Positions 17,014 to 26,479 of a stretch of 64,000 bases of DNA are shown piece after piece (the stretch's first letter is position 1; every line of letters begins with the position of its first letter). Where the stretch lies: positions 8,251 to 72,250 of the IMG/VR virus record IMGVR_UViG_3300026088_000016; one strand, given 5' to 3'. The stretch comes from a virus (lineage: Duplodnaviria; Caudoviricetes). A model generated the notes under the pieces. That model did no database searches. It was not told the origin of the DNA and saw only the letters and a program-made list of their open reading frames with translations. The position numbers and the translations under genes are program-made.

Positions 17014-18208
17014 AGTATCTCAATACGACGAAGAGTTGTCAGTAAACCCGTCCGGGTTTCTTTTCATGGCGGTGGATACCGGCCTGACTGATTCCAACGG
17101 GGACATCATTTACAAGACCAAGAAAATCACCAAGGACAAGGTGGGCGCACAGGGACCGATTGGTCCTCAGGGCGCGGATGGTCCGACGGGTCCCACCGGT
17201 CCCACTGGTGCAGGTTCTGCCGGACCGACTGGGCCGACAGGTCCGACGGGTGCGGCCGGGGCCACGGGTCCGACAGGTCCAACGGGGACTACGGGTCCGA
17301 CTGGTCCGACGGGTGCGGCGGGCCCAACCGGCCCCACTGGAGCTTCTGGTCCAACGGGACCTGCGATTACCGAGTTGGCGTCTCCAAAAGGGACGGCAAT
17401 GGAGTATTTTGACGATTACGCAGCCGGCTCTATTTCCACCTTCAATCTTGGCTGGGGGTGGGCGAATGATGGGGTCGGGACAGGATGCACAATTGGAACA
17501 CAGACCCATATCGACGGACGCTCAGAACAACGTCTTCAAATCAACAACGGACAATACGGCCGTCGTATGCCGTGGGGAGACAAATGGAACCGGGTTCGTA
17601 TTGTTCTGCTTTGGCGCGTGAATGCGGTCGCCTCCATCAGCAACGTAAACGGATACGTGGGGATTTGTAGCGGAACGACCAACATGGTGGCGAGCAGCTC
17701 CACCGATAACTTCATCGGGCTGCGATGGGGCGACGGTGCCAGCACCCTGACGTTCTCGAACGGAACGGTGATGGACAAGTTCAACATGGGAACTTCCTTC
17801 CGGTTTTATTCTCGGCGGGCAACGACTTCAACTCTTATTGCCGCGGGTGGGTCGGGTCACTTTGTTTCCTCGACAGAGGGATTTCTTTCCGGGATTGCGT
17901 ATGAAGTCTCCCGTCCTGTTTTCGCGACTAACGGGACGAGTGTGACTTATGCCCATAAGGAGGTTTCTACGGATACGGCCGCGGTTGAGTTTTCTCGCTC
18001 TAAGGATGCCATGAACCAGCTCATTTGGGATGACTCTACGTCTTCGACCACTGTTACCACCGCGGAGACCGCGATTCTCGGCGGTATCGCGGGGACTACT
18101 TCCGCCGCGTTTGACCAGAGCACCGGAATTCTTGACACCCTCAATTTCAGTTGGGCAATGACAGACGGTCTTCAAATTGCAGCCGTCGGAGTTCGGAAAG
18201 TTTATTAA
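17006..18208 (+). CDS. collagen-like (GPT) tail/head fibre
   Basis: About 13 GPT triplets then beta-rich receptor-binding-like domain. Confidence 0.75.
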   Translation: MAKVSQYDEELSVNPSGFLFMAVDTGLTDSNGDIIYKTKKITKDKVGAQGPIGPQGADGPTGPTGPTGAGSAGPTGPTGPTGAAGATGPTGPTGTTGPTGPTGAAGPTGPTGASGPTGPAITELASPKGTAMEYFDDYAAGSISTFNLGWGWANDGVGTGCTIGTQTHIDGRSEQRLQINNGQYGRRMPWGDKWNRVRIVLLWRVNAVASISNVNGYVGICSGTTNMVASSSTDNFIGLRWGDGASTLTFSNGTVMDKFNMGTSFRFYSRRATTSTLIAAGGSGHFVSSTEGFLSGIAYEVSRPVFATNGTSVTYAHKEVSTDTAAVEFSRSKDAMNQLIWDDSTSSTTVTTAETAILGGIAGTTSAAFDQSTGILDTLNFSWAMTDGLQIAAVGVRKVY

Positions 18209-18211
18209 CCT

Positions 18212-18571
18212 ATGAAGTATCCAATCGACCTCGGTCGCAGCATGAAGGACTCGATGCCAGAAATGGCAATGTCCCCGAGCAAAGACAAACATTATCCATC
18301 GCTTTATCTCGACTGGGATTCTGACTACGAATTGCCGGAGTCCGGCACGATGGTCATCAAGTTCGAGAAGGTCTCTGAGAGCAACAGCAAGGGCAAGAAC
18401 AGCAAGCCCCACCAGTCGGTCACTCTCGAAATCAAATCCATCGAGAGCGTGAAGGGTGGGAAATCCAAGTCCGACTCGAAAGAGGAAGAGACCGGCGACG
18501 TTCTCGACCGTCTGAAGAAGGAAGTGGAATCGGACAAGGAAGAGTCCGACGAAAACTACAAAGAGGAATAA
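18212..18571 (+). CDS. charged hypothetical protein
   Basis: ORF in tail operon. Confidence 0.6.
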   Translation: MKYPIDLGRSMKDSMPEMAMSPSKDKHYPSLYLDWDSDYELPESGTMVIKFEKVSESNSKGKNSKPHQSVTLEIKSIESVKGGKSKSDSKEEETGDVLDRLKKEVESDKEESDENYKEE

Positions 18572-18574
18572 CTG

Positions 18575-19522
18575 ATGCTCCTTGTCAGCGACATCTGGGA
18601 TGAGTCCAAGGTAATTTTTGGACACTGCAACGAGACGCGCCTGTTCCGGCAAATCTCGGACTCAATTCAGCTCTTGGCCAACAAGGGCGAGGTTGACCCG
18701 CTGGTCGGTTACGTGGACATCTGCGTGACCGCGCGCTGCGTTACGCTGCCCCGCGAAGTCGAGACGGTGCTCGCCGTGAACATCGGCGGTCATCCGGCGC
18801 TGGGCCATGACGAGCTCTTCAGCTTCCATCTTAACGGCCCCGGAGATTTCCGGGAATCGTGCAACTTCGACTGGTTCAACACCGGAAACTTTCCGACGTA
18901 TCGGGACCTGCCCTGCCCGGCCCGGCTCATCGCATTTCTCAGCTCCGCGGAGGACGAAGGGAAACAGATTCGGGTTTTTGGTTTCGACGACCAGAACCAG
19001 CCGCTCCGCACGCAGATTAACGGCGAGTGGATTGACGGGCTCTTGGTCCCCACGATTTTTGGTTACGCAGTTCCTTCCAGCAATGACCCGAAGGTTTCCC
19101 GCATCACGGGAATTGTGAAGGACCGTATGGTCGCGAACGTGCGGCTCAGTTCTTTCGACAGCTCCTCTTCTTCGGGAACTCTTCTCGGAATTTTCGAGCC
19201 CGACGAGACCCGCCCGAGCTATCGTCGGATTCGCGTCGGCCCCGGTTGTGATTGGGTCCGCATCTGCTATCGCAAGAAGACGTCGGATGTCCGGAGTGTT
19301 TACGACCGCATCCTGCTTCACAGCCGGATGGCTCTTCTCCTCGCCATGCGCGCGGTGAAGAAATACGAAGAGAACGACCTCGGGGTTGCGATGCAATTTG
19401 AAGCGCAGGCGTCACGCATCCTCACCGAGAAAGAATCCATTTTGACCAGCCCGGTGGGCAGTCCGATTCAGGTGGAAGACCGGAACGGCATGAAGCTCTC
19501 CGGCTGGGATGATGTTGACTGA
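18575..19522 (+). CDS. probable head-tail adaptor/gatekeeper
   Basis: Size and position directly before nozzle-like gene. Confidence 0.5.
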   Translation: MLLVSDIWDESKVIFGHCNETRLFRQISDSIQLLANKGEVDPLVGYVDICVTARCVTLPREVETVLAVNIGGHPALGHDELFSFHLNGPGDFRESCNFDWFNTGNFPTYRDLPCPARLIAFLSSAEDEGKQIRVFGFDDQNQPLRTQINGEWIDGLLVPTIFGYAVPSSNDPKVSRITGIVKDRMVANVRLSSFDSSSSSGTLLGIFEPDETRPSYRRIRVGPGCDWVRICYRKKTSDVRSVYDRILLHSRMALLLAMRAVKKYEENDLGVAMQFEAQASRILTEKESILTSPVGSPIQVEDRNGMKLSGWDDVD

Positions 19523-21501
19523 TGGCCCTGAACAAAGGACAAGAGGGGGACGGCGTATTTACAGGCGGGACAAATTCCGACCTGCATCCAGTCTATCTCC
19601 CGCCCGCGAGCTACGCGCGCGGAATGAACCTCGTGAACCGCGGCGGGCGCCTCCAGTGCCGTCCCGGCTACCGCTGTCTTGCGGCTTGGCCTGAAGGCCG
19701 GCTCCAAGGCTTCTTCATTTTTCGTCCCCGCATCGGGGAGCCGATTCTCGTCTTCGCCGTTGCCGGCCGAATCTACACGAGCTTGTATCCGTTCAAGGAA
19801 TACCGACAACTGGAGGACCTGCAATTCTCGGACACGTCCCGCCAGCTCTTCTTCGCGCAGACGACTCAGGCGCTGGAACGGAATGATGACGGGAGTCTGA
19901 CGCTCATCGAGCCGCGGAATCTTCTCATCATTCAGGACGGTGGATTCACCAGCCCGGGTGTCTTCGATGGCACGACGGCTTTTCACTCCCGCGGATTTGG
20001 TGCGATTCCGATTGGCGGTCCGATGGCGTGGTCCGGAGACCGACTCTGGGTGGCCCGGAACAATCAGGTGTTCGCTGGAGACTTGGCGAATCCGCTCTCG
20101 TTCACGGAAGCGCTCTACATCACCACGACGGCTTCGTTCCTGTTCAAGGGAGAGGTCACAGCTTTTTATACCATCAACAGCGGAGCCTCTGTTCCGCAGC
20201 TCTTGGTTTTCACCCGGGACAACACCGAGGTTCTTCAATCGGGAGTCCGACTGCGCGAGCAGTGGATTTCAATCGCGGACTTCCAGCGGGAAGTTCTCCC
20301 GAACATCGGCTGCGTCTCCGAACGCTCGGTGGTTGCGCATGGCGGTTATCTGTGGTGGTTCAGCCGCTACGGGCTCGTTTCTTTTGACAGCGCCTCTCAG
20401 GCATTCGTGACGTCGTCTCTTCCGTATCTGGACCAAGAGATGTCAGACAGCAAGACCTACCTGTCTCCAGATTTGTCAGGAGTCGCCGCGGGAGTCCACG
20501 AAAACTATCTGATGGTCAGCGTTCCGTATGCGGAGGAATTCAACAAGCATACGTGGGTGCTGGACAACTCTCCCATCCCGACGAAAAAGCAGGTGGTGCC
20601 AGCGTGGAATTCTTTCTGGACGGGCACCCGGCCGGCGCAGTGGTTCAGCGGAGTCATCATGGGCCGGGAGCGGGTGCTCTACATCAGCCCGGACCACGAC
20701 GGAGTAAATCGTCTGTGGGAGGCTTTCACTCCTGACCGACGGGACGACGGATGCCACATTACTTGGTGGGCCGAGTTGCGCGCGTATGCGGACAATTCGC
20801 CCGCGAAGAACAAGGAATTTCGATACGCGGACCTTTGGTTCTCGGAGTTGAGCGGCGTGGTGGACCTTGCGGTCTTCTGGGCCGGCGCCAACCGCGGGAA
20901 ATACAAACGGGTTTTGACGAAGCGGATTCGTGCCGCTCGCGGGATGCTGCGGATTGACCGAATCATCAACATGGCGACTCGGATTTTCTCGCTGAAGAAG
21001 CAGAGCCGGTATCTGCGGACGGCGGATGCGCGGCAGCAGTCTCCTGAAGAGGACCTGTCGAGTTGCGGAATTGAGTCGCCTTACATGGAGTTCAAGGACG
21101 ATTCCATCCAGCTTTTGATTGTCGGCTCCGGTCCCGCGGCGCTCTCTAGCGTCCTGCTTTACTTTTCTGACGGTGACAAGCTCGACGACTCCGGTAAGTG
21201 CGAAGAGGATGAGACTCAGGAGAGCTTTGTCCGGTTCGACGGCGCGGCCGTGAAGTCTGACGACATCGAGACGGCGCAAGCCGAGTTTGAAGCGGGGAGC
21301 CGCTCCGAGCCCGAGCTGTTTTTCGCCGCCCGGGCCGAGACGGTCACCGCCGAAGGCTTTACCGAAGTCGGAGTGGGCGAACACACGACTCCAATCTCCC
21401 AGCAGTGCGCGGATAAAGTGGCTTCGACCATCGCGCGGCGCATGGCGTCGGCTCGACTGGAGGAACTTCTCCCGCTTCGGGTCAGTCAGGCAATCGAATG
21501 A
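19522..21501 (+). CDS. tail nozzle / P22 gp10-like stabilization protein
   Basis: N-terminal GGTNSDLHP...N...GRLQCRPGY pattern, beta-propeller-like composition. Confidence 0.7.
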   Translation: MALNKGQEGDGVFTGGTNSDLHPVYLPPASYARGMNLVNRGGRLQCRPGYRCLAAWPEGRLQGFFIFRPRIGEPILVFAVAGRIYTSLYPFKEYRQLEDLQFSDTSRQLFFAQTTQALERNDDGSLTLIEPRNLLIIQDGGFTSPGVFDGTTAFHSRGFGAIPIGGPMAWSGDRLWVARNNQVFAGDLANPLSFTEALYITTTASFLFKGEVTAFYTINSGASVPQLLVFTRDNTEVLQSGVRLREQWISIADFQREVLPNIGCVSERSVVAHGGYLWWFSRYGLVSFDSASQAFVTSSLPYLDQEMSDSKTYLSPDLSGVAAGVHENYLMVSVPYAEEFNKHTWVLDNSPIPTKKQVVPAWNSFWTGTRPAQWFSGVIMGRERVLYISPDHDGVNRLWEAFTPDRRDDGCHITWWAELRAYADNSPAKNKEFRYADLWFSELSGVVDLAVFWAGANRGKYKRVLTKRIRAARGMLRIDRIINMATRIFSLKKQSRYLRTADARQQSPEEDLSSCGIESPYMEFKDDSIQLLIVGSGPAALSSVLLYFSDGDKLDDSGKCEEDETQESFVRFDGAAVKSDDIETAQAEFEAGSRSEPELFFAARAETVTAEGFTEVGVGEHTTPISQQCADKVASTIARRMASARLEELLPLRVSQAIE

Positions 21502-21911
21502 ACACCTTCGCGGCGCTAAATCCAGCTTCCCGGCGGGCGATTCGGATTCCCTACGAATCCCCGCTCATCTGCCAGCTCGCCTCAGAGGCGTCCGGGTCGG
21601 CCGGAACCTCGTTGAATGTGCTTGACATCCTCCCGACGGAACAAGTGGCCGGCCCGACTCTCTCGGTGCTGCTTCTGGAGGACAATTCAGTGCAGCTTTC
21701 GTGGACCAACACGGTCCCAGACGCTTACGCATACATCATTTACCGCGCGACCGTCGCGGAAGGCCCCTATTCGGTCCAAGCCTCGGGGATTTTCGACCGG
21801 ATTTTCGTTGACAATCCCCCGTCTGGCAACTACTTCTATAAGGTAACAGCGCTTGAGCCCAATTTCGGCGAGACGACTGCTTCCAACGTGGTTTCAATCA
21901 CCGTTCCATGA
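21498..21911 (+). CDS. Fn3/Ig-like structural protein
   Basis: VQLSWTN...YIIYRAT...YFYKVTA. Confidence 0.7.
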   Translation: MNTFAALNPASRRAIRIPYESPLICQLASEASGSAGTSLNVLDILPTEQVAGPTLSVLLLEDNSVQLSWTNTVPDAYAYIIYRATVAEGPYSVQASGIFDRIFVDNPPSGNYFYKVTALEPNFGETTASNVVSITVP

Positions 21912-22975
21912 GTGACCTGTTCAAAACTAATTTCGTAATCGTCGCGGCGCCGCTTCCTCCAGACCTCGAAGGGGATTTGCAGGAGATTTTCGACGCCTAC
22001 ACCGCGCGGTTGCAGATTCAGTCCCCACAGGGGCAGAATTTTTTCGTGACCGGTGACGTGGAGCCCTCAACCAACTCCGGACCGTGGCTGAAAAACGGAG
22101 ACCGGTGGTATGTGTTCGACACGGCCTTGGGCCGATACGTTCCCATCAACATCGAAGACAGCGTGACTCAGGTTTACGTGGTCTCGGACGTCGAGCCGGA
22201 TGCTCCGACGAACGACGACCCGGTGATTTGGTTGCGCACCGCGAACTCGCGCGTGATTGGCTGGTATTTCTGGGATGGAGCTATCTGGCGACCCGGTGGG
22301 AATGTGCCCCCGAGTGGTCCGACGGCTTCCCGTCCGACTACTCCAAAAGATTTGGAGCAGTTCTTTGACACGGACATCGCTTGTCTTCTTCACTGGGAGC
22401 GCGGCGCGTGGCGGACGGTCTCGGGAACTCCCGGGGACATCAAGTTTGTCACCACGGCGACGCTGACCGCGGCTATCACGGCGAATCCCGGATGGATTTA
22501 CGTCGGTGAGAGCACTCTCGACTGGCGCGGACGTGTTTTGGGCATTGCGACCAAGGACCCGGGGGCAACTCCGGAGACGGCGTATCCGACGAGCGCTGGA
22601 ATTTCTTCCCGCGCGCAGGCGGACGTCGCAGGCGCGGAGACGGTGACGCTGACTTCGGTCCAAGTCGAGCAACACTCACACGTTGTTGGCTCGGCGACAT
22701 TGCTGAACAGCGACAACAACGCATACTTCCAGCGCGTGGACGATGCGGAGGCCCCGGCGATTCCCGGGCCCAAGCCGCCGAATTATTTTCAGGTGAATGG
22801 TGACGGTTCCACGAATGGAACGCACAACGGCGTGATGCCGGACCCCGCGAACGGGACGATGTTCATCACTTCCCGCCAGTTCAGTCTGGCGGATGTGCCG
22901 AACTACACGGGCGCGGCTGAATCGCACGAGAATATGCAGCCGACGCTGTTCCTGTGGGCCTTGGTGAAGACGTAA
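21908..22975 (+). CDS. tail collar-domain fibre/needle protein
   Basis: PGDIKF...GW...DWRGRV...GAETVTLT...HSH...HENMQP tail-collar pattern. Confidence 0.7.
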   Translation: MSDLFKTNFVIVAAPLPPDLEGDLQEIFDAYTARLQIQSPQGQNFFVTGDVEPSTNSGPWLKNGDRWYVFDTALGRYVPINIEDSVTQVYVVSDVEPDAPTNDDPVIWLRTANSRVIGWYFWDGAIWRPGGNVPPSGPTASRPTTPKDLEQFFDTDIACLLHWERGAWRTVSGTPGDIKFVTTATLTAAITANPGWIYVGESTLDWRGRVLGIATKDPGATPETAYPTSAGISSRAQADVAGAETVTLTSVQVEQHSHVVGSATLLNSDNNAYFQRVDDAEAPAIPGPKPPNYFQVNGDGSTNGTHNGVMPDPANGTMFITSRQFSLADVPNYTGAAESHENMQPTLFLWALVKT

Positions 22976-23394
22976 TGGAGATTTCTCCCGTCAATCTCGA
23001 AGAGTTGCACGAAATAGAGCCGATGGCTCGCGAGTGCTTCCGGGATTTCAAGTATCCGGGGACGTTCGACTGGAAAACTTTCTCGGGACTGTGGAAGATG
23101 CACATTGAGACCGGAATTGGTCTCATTCTGCGCGCGGGGAACGCCGGGCTCCTCGGAATGGTGATTGGTCCAGACCAGTTCAACGGCTGGCGCACCGCGA
23201 TGGTCAATTTTTGGTTTGTGATGCCGGCCGAACGCCGTCATGGGCATGGTCGGGACCTTATTCTCGCCGCGGAGGTGGTCGCCGCGGAGGAAAAGTGTCG
23301 TCGGATTCTCATGGGGCATCCGATTGGTTACGTGAAGTTTTTTCAGCGAATGGGATTCACGCCTGTAGAGGTGGGCTTCCAAAAGTTACTGTAA
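22975..23394 (+). CDS. GNAT acetyltransferase
   Basis: FWFVMPAERRHGHG acetyl-CoA motif A; FFQRMGF; typical position before ejection genes. Confidence 0.8.
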   Translation: MEISPVNLEELHEIEPMARECFRDFKYPGTFDWKTFSGLWKMHIETGIGLILRAGNAGLLGMVIGPDQFNGWRTAMVNFWFVMPAERRHGHGRDLILAAEVVAAEEKCRRILMGHPIGYVKFFQRMGFTPVEVGFQKLL

Positions 23395-23395
23395 T

Positions 23396-24727
23396 ATGGG
23401 TCAAGTTCTATCATCGGGCACGTCAATCATCTCCGGGGTGCTGGAGAAGCGCGCCGCCGACAAAGCGTATAACACGCAGAAACACGGCGTCATCAAGCAA
23501 CAGAAGTTGCTGGCGGATGAATACAACCCGGACCGCGTAAATACGCTGGTCAACAAGTATGACAAGGGCTTCCTCCAGAAGCGGCTCGATTTGCAGAAGG
23601 AGTTCGACCCGGAACTCTTCGCACTCCGCGAGCAGGGCAAGAAAAATCTCCTGACGGAGCTTGGCCGCGATAACGCGACCCGCATGTCGCAGAAAGTCGC
23701 GACGAAGCTGTTCGACGAGAACATCAACCCGAACGAAAGCTCGGAGAAGCTCAAGGACAAACTTTTCAATGAGGCCAACTCGGCTCTGGAGCAGGGTGCG
23801 TCTCTCCCGCCGGAATTTCAGGCGGAACTGGTCCGCTCAGGTCTCTCTGGTGCGGCCGGCAGCGGATTTACCCTCGACAAGAAGTCGATTGGCGGTCCTG
23901 TGGCGCACGCGCTCGGTTCGGAGGCCATCAAGCTCCAGCAGATGCGCCAGCAGCAGGCAATCCAGCTCGGGCAGGCCGGGCAGCAGCTCACTGACGCGCG
24001 CACTCGCATCCTGAGCAACATTTTTCCGACGATTCAGAATTCGGAGCAGACGGCCGAGGGTCGGAGCGCCGCGGCGTTCGCCATCGGCAACGAGAATCTC
24101 CCGAGTGGCGGTCTCACCGGCAAGGAAGCTCTGAGCTACGACATTGCCGGCAAGGAAGGCAATCGTCAGCTCACCGGTCAGAAGTATGACATGCGGGCGA
24201 ACAAGACCCTGCGTAACGCGGCCTTCACGAACAATCTCATCGGTCAGTTGGGGTCCGCAGGCGGACTCCTCTATACTCCGCAGCAATACGACACGGGCCA
24301 AGGCCCGGGAGTCGGTGGTCCAGTTGCAGCCCCGGCCGGAGGCGGCGGTGGCGGTGGAGACATGCTCGGTGGTTTGCTGGGCGGAGGCGGCGGTGGCGGT
24401 GGTGGCGGAGGCGGCGGTGGAATGAATATCAGTTCCATCATCGGACTCGCGGCCATGTTCTGCGACGCAACCATGAAGGAAGTGACCGGTCAGGTTTACC
24501 CGTCGGACATTCTCGCGAAAGTTCGTGAGCTCCCGATGAGCCGCTGGAAATACATCAACCCGGTTCTCGGCGAAGGAGAACACATCGGCACGATGGCTCA
24601 AGATTTTAACCGACTCTTTCCGAATGAAGGGGGCGACAAGGTGATTCCAATGGTGGACATCATCGGAGTATTGCTCGCCTCGGTTCAGGCCCTCGCGAAA
24701 AAAGTCGAACAGTTGGAGAAACGATAA
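23396..24727 (+). CDS. ejection/pilot protein with C-terminal S74-type intramolecular chaperone
   Basis: Q/A-rich helices, poly-Gly linker, CDATMK...WKY...HIGTMAQD...coiled coil. Confidence 0.75.
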   Translation: MGQVLSSGTSIISGVLEKRAADKAYNTQKHGVIKQQKLLADEYNPDRVNTLVNKYDKGFLQKRLDLQKEFDPELFALREQGKKNLLTELGRDNATRMSQKVATKLFDENINPNESSEKLKDKLFNEANSALEQGASLPPEFQAELVRSGLSGAAGSGFTLDKKSIGGPVAHALGSEAIKLQQMRQQQAIQLGQAGQQLTDARTRILSNIFPTIQNSEQTAEGRSAAAFAIGNENLPSGGLTGKEALSYDIAGKEGNRQLTGQKYDMRANKTLRNAAFTNNLIGQLGSAGGLLYTPQQYDTGQGPGVGGPVAAPAGGGGGGGDMLGGLLGGGGGGGGGGGGGGMNISSIIGLAAMFCDATMKEVTGQVYPSDILAKVRELPMSRWKYINPVLGEGEHIGTMAQDFNRLFPNEGGDKVIPMVDIIGVLLASVQALAKKVEQLEKR

Positions 24728-25251
24728 TGCCACTTACAGTCCCCACATCTGGAGCGATGGCTCCATCGCCCGCACTGGTTCAGCCGGCCGATTTGCAACC
24801 CGCCCTCGACCGCCTTCATCAGGCTTACAAGGAAGGCTTCATCACTCAGCAGGACATCCAGAAGCGCACCGCAGTCGGAATCTCCGACGCGCAGGCGCAG
24901 CGCAAGCAGAACGAAGCCGCCGGGGCGAAAGCCGAGCAGGACCGCAAGGACCAGCAAGGTGGCAAGGGCTACAGCAAGCCCGGCACTTTTGCGCGCCTCA
25001 CTGGAATCGGCACCGCGCCGAAGCCGGCGATTCCGACGCCAGCATCTCTTCCGGCATCCCCGGTGAACCCGAATGCGGGAGCCACGGAAGGTGGTCTGGA
25101 GCCAGCCGTGATTCCGACCCCGGCCGCAGCGGCACCGCCCGCTCCCAGTCCCTATTTGCAAGCAGCCTCGGCCGACGATTTCAATCCGGTTCACGAATCG
25201 ACGGACGACCTTTTGAAACTTGTTCAAGAGGGCGGCTACATGTTCCCGTAA
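24727..25251 (+). CDS. probable ejection/internal virion protein
   Basis: Low-complexity Q/A/P protein in ejection cluster. Confidence 0.55.
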   Translation: MPLTVPTSGAMAPSPALVQPADLQPALDRLHQAYKEGFITQQDIQKRTAVGISDAQAQRKQNEAAGAKAEQDRKDQQGGKGYSKPGTFARLTGIGTAPKPAIPTPASLPASPVNPNAGATEGGLEPAVIPTPAAAAPPAPSPYLQAASADDFNPVHESTDDLLKLVQEGGYMFP

Positions 25252-25255
25252 TCTC

Positions 25256-26476
25256 ATGCCTCTTCAGGACCCGAAAATTCAATCAGCGCTTGCCGAGTTG
25301 CGGCGTCGTGGAGTCATTCCGTCAGACGAACAACTCTCGCCATCTCCCGGGGCGCCACAGGATGAAGTTCCTTCGCTCCGAGAACCAGCTCCTTCGGCTC
25401 CGGCCCCGGTGACTTTGCAGGACATCTCACCGATGCGGTCCACTGGTGCGATGCCCGCGGAAGATTTGTCCAGTCCTCGTGATGTCGAGCGTCAGCTCAA
25501 GCTGAAGACCATGAAGGGCCAGCTCGCGATTCAGGACGCAGTGAACGAACTCAATCGGCGCGGAGTCAACCTCAAGTTGAAGACCCAGCCGGCGGAAGAG
25601 GAAATCGTCACCCGGCAGGCCGGCGAAGCGGTGGAGAATTCCCGCGGTCAGGGAGACCCGGAAGCCTTCAAAGGTGCGTGGCGTCAACTTTTTCCCGGGA
25701 AGCCCCTTCCCCGGAAGAACGGTCAGATTGATTACGATTCTGGTCAGGACGACATTGACGTCGAGCTCGACCGTCGCAAGAAACTCGAAGCGGCCAAGGT
25801 TGGGGCGCACAATGTCGTCGAGACAAAGGTCAAACGCATCAACCCCCAGACCAAAAAGGAAGAGGAGGTTCTGGTGCGGACGGACAAGATGACTGGACAG
25901 AATTTGGGTGAGACCGTTCTGAATTCTCAGGCCCCGACCCTTAACGAGCAGGAAGGGCAGGCTGCGCGGTATTCCGCGCGCATGAACTACAATCAAAAGA
26001 TTCTGACGGATACTGAAAAGGCCGGGTTCAATCCGACGGCCATCAGCACCACTCTTCAGGGCTTTCTTCCAAACCGTTTTCAGCCGGAGCAACGACAGAT
26101 TTACAATTCGGCGAAGCAGAACTGGATTGCGGCTGTTCTCCGTAAGGAATCTGGTGCTGCAATTGCGGCCAAGGAATACAAGGATGCCGACCGCCAGTAT
26201 TTTCCGCAAGACGGGGACGCTCCGTCAGTGGTGAAACAGAAACAGGCGCTTCGAGAGCTTGCTGAAGAGGAAATGACGAAGTCCATTGGACCGTCGGCTC
26301 CCGACCGGGCTCACCCTGCGGCTCCCGGCGCAGCTCCCGCGGCGCCCGCCAATACTTCCACTGAGACTCCGGTCTCGGTGAACACTCCCGCCGAAGCTCC
26401 TGCGACGGCAAAATTCATCAAGTCCCCCGACGGCCGCGTATTCCGGAATCCGAAATACACGGGAGTCGTTCAATAA
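25256..26476 (+). CDS. DNA transfer/ejection protein
   Basis: VLRKESGAAI...EY...YFPQDGD...KQK motif common in podovirus ejection proteins. Confidence 0.7.
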   Translation: MPLQDPKIQSALAELRRRGVIPSDEQLSPSPGAPQDEVPSLREPAPSAPAPVTLQDISPMRSTGAMPAEDLSSPRDVERQLKLKTMKGQLAIQDAVNELNRRGVNLKLKTQPAEEEIVTRQAGEAVENSRGQGDPEAFKGAWRQLFPGKPLPRKNGQIDYDSGQDDIDVELDRRKKLEAAKVGAHNVVETKVKRINPQTKKEEEVLVRTDKMTGQNLGETVLNSQAPTLNEQEGQAARYSARMNYNQKILTDTEKAGFNPTAISTTLQGFLPNRFQPEQRQIYNSAKQNWIAAVLRKESGAAIAAKEYKDADRQYFPQDGDAPSVVKQKQALRELAEEEMTKSIGPSAPDRAHPAAPGAAPAAPANTSTETPVSVNTPAEAPATAKFIKSPDGRVFRNPKYTGVVQ

Positions 26477-26479
26477 GAA

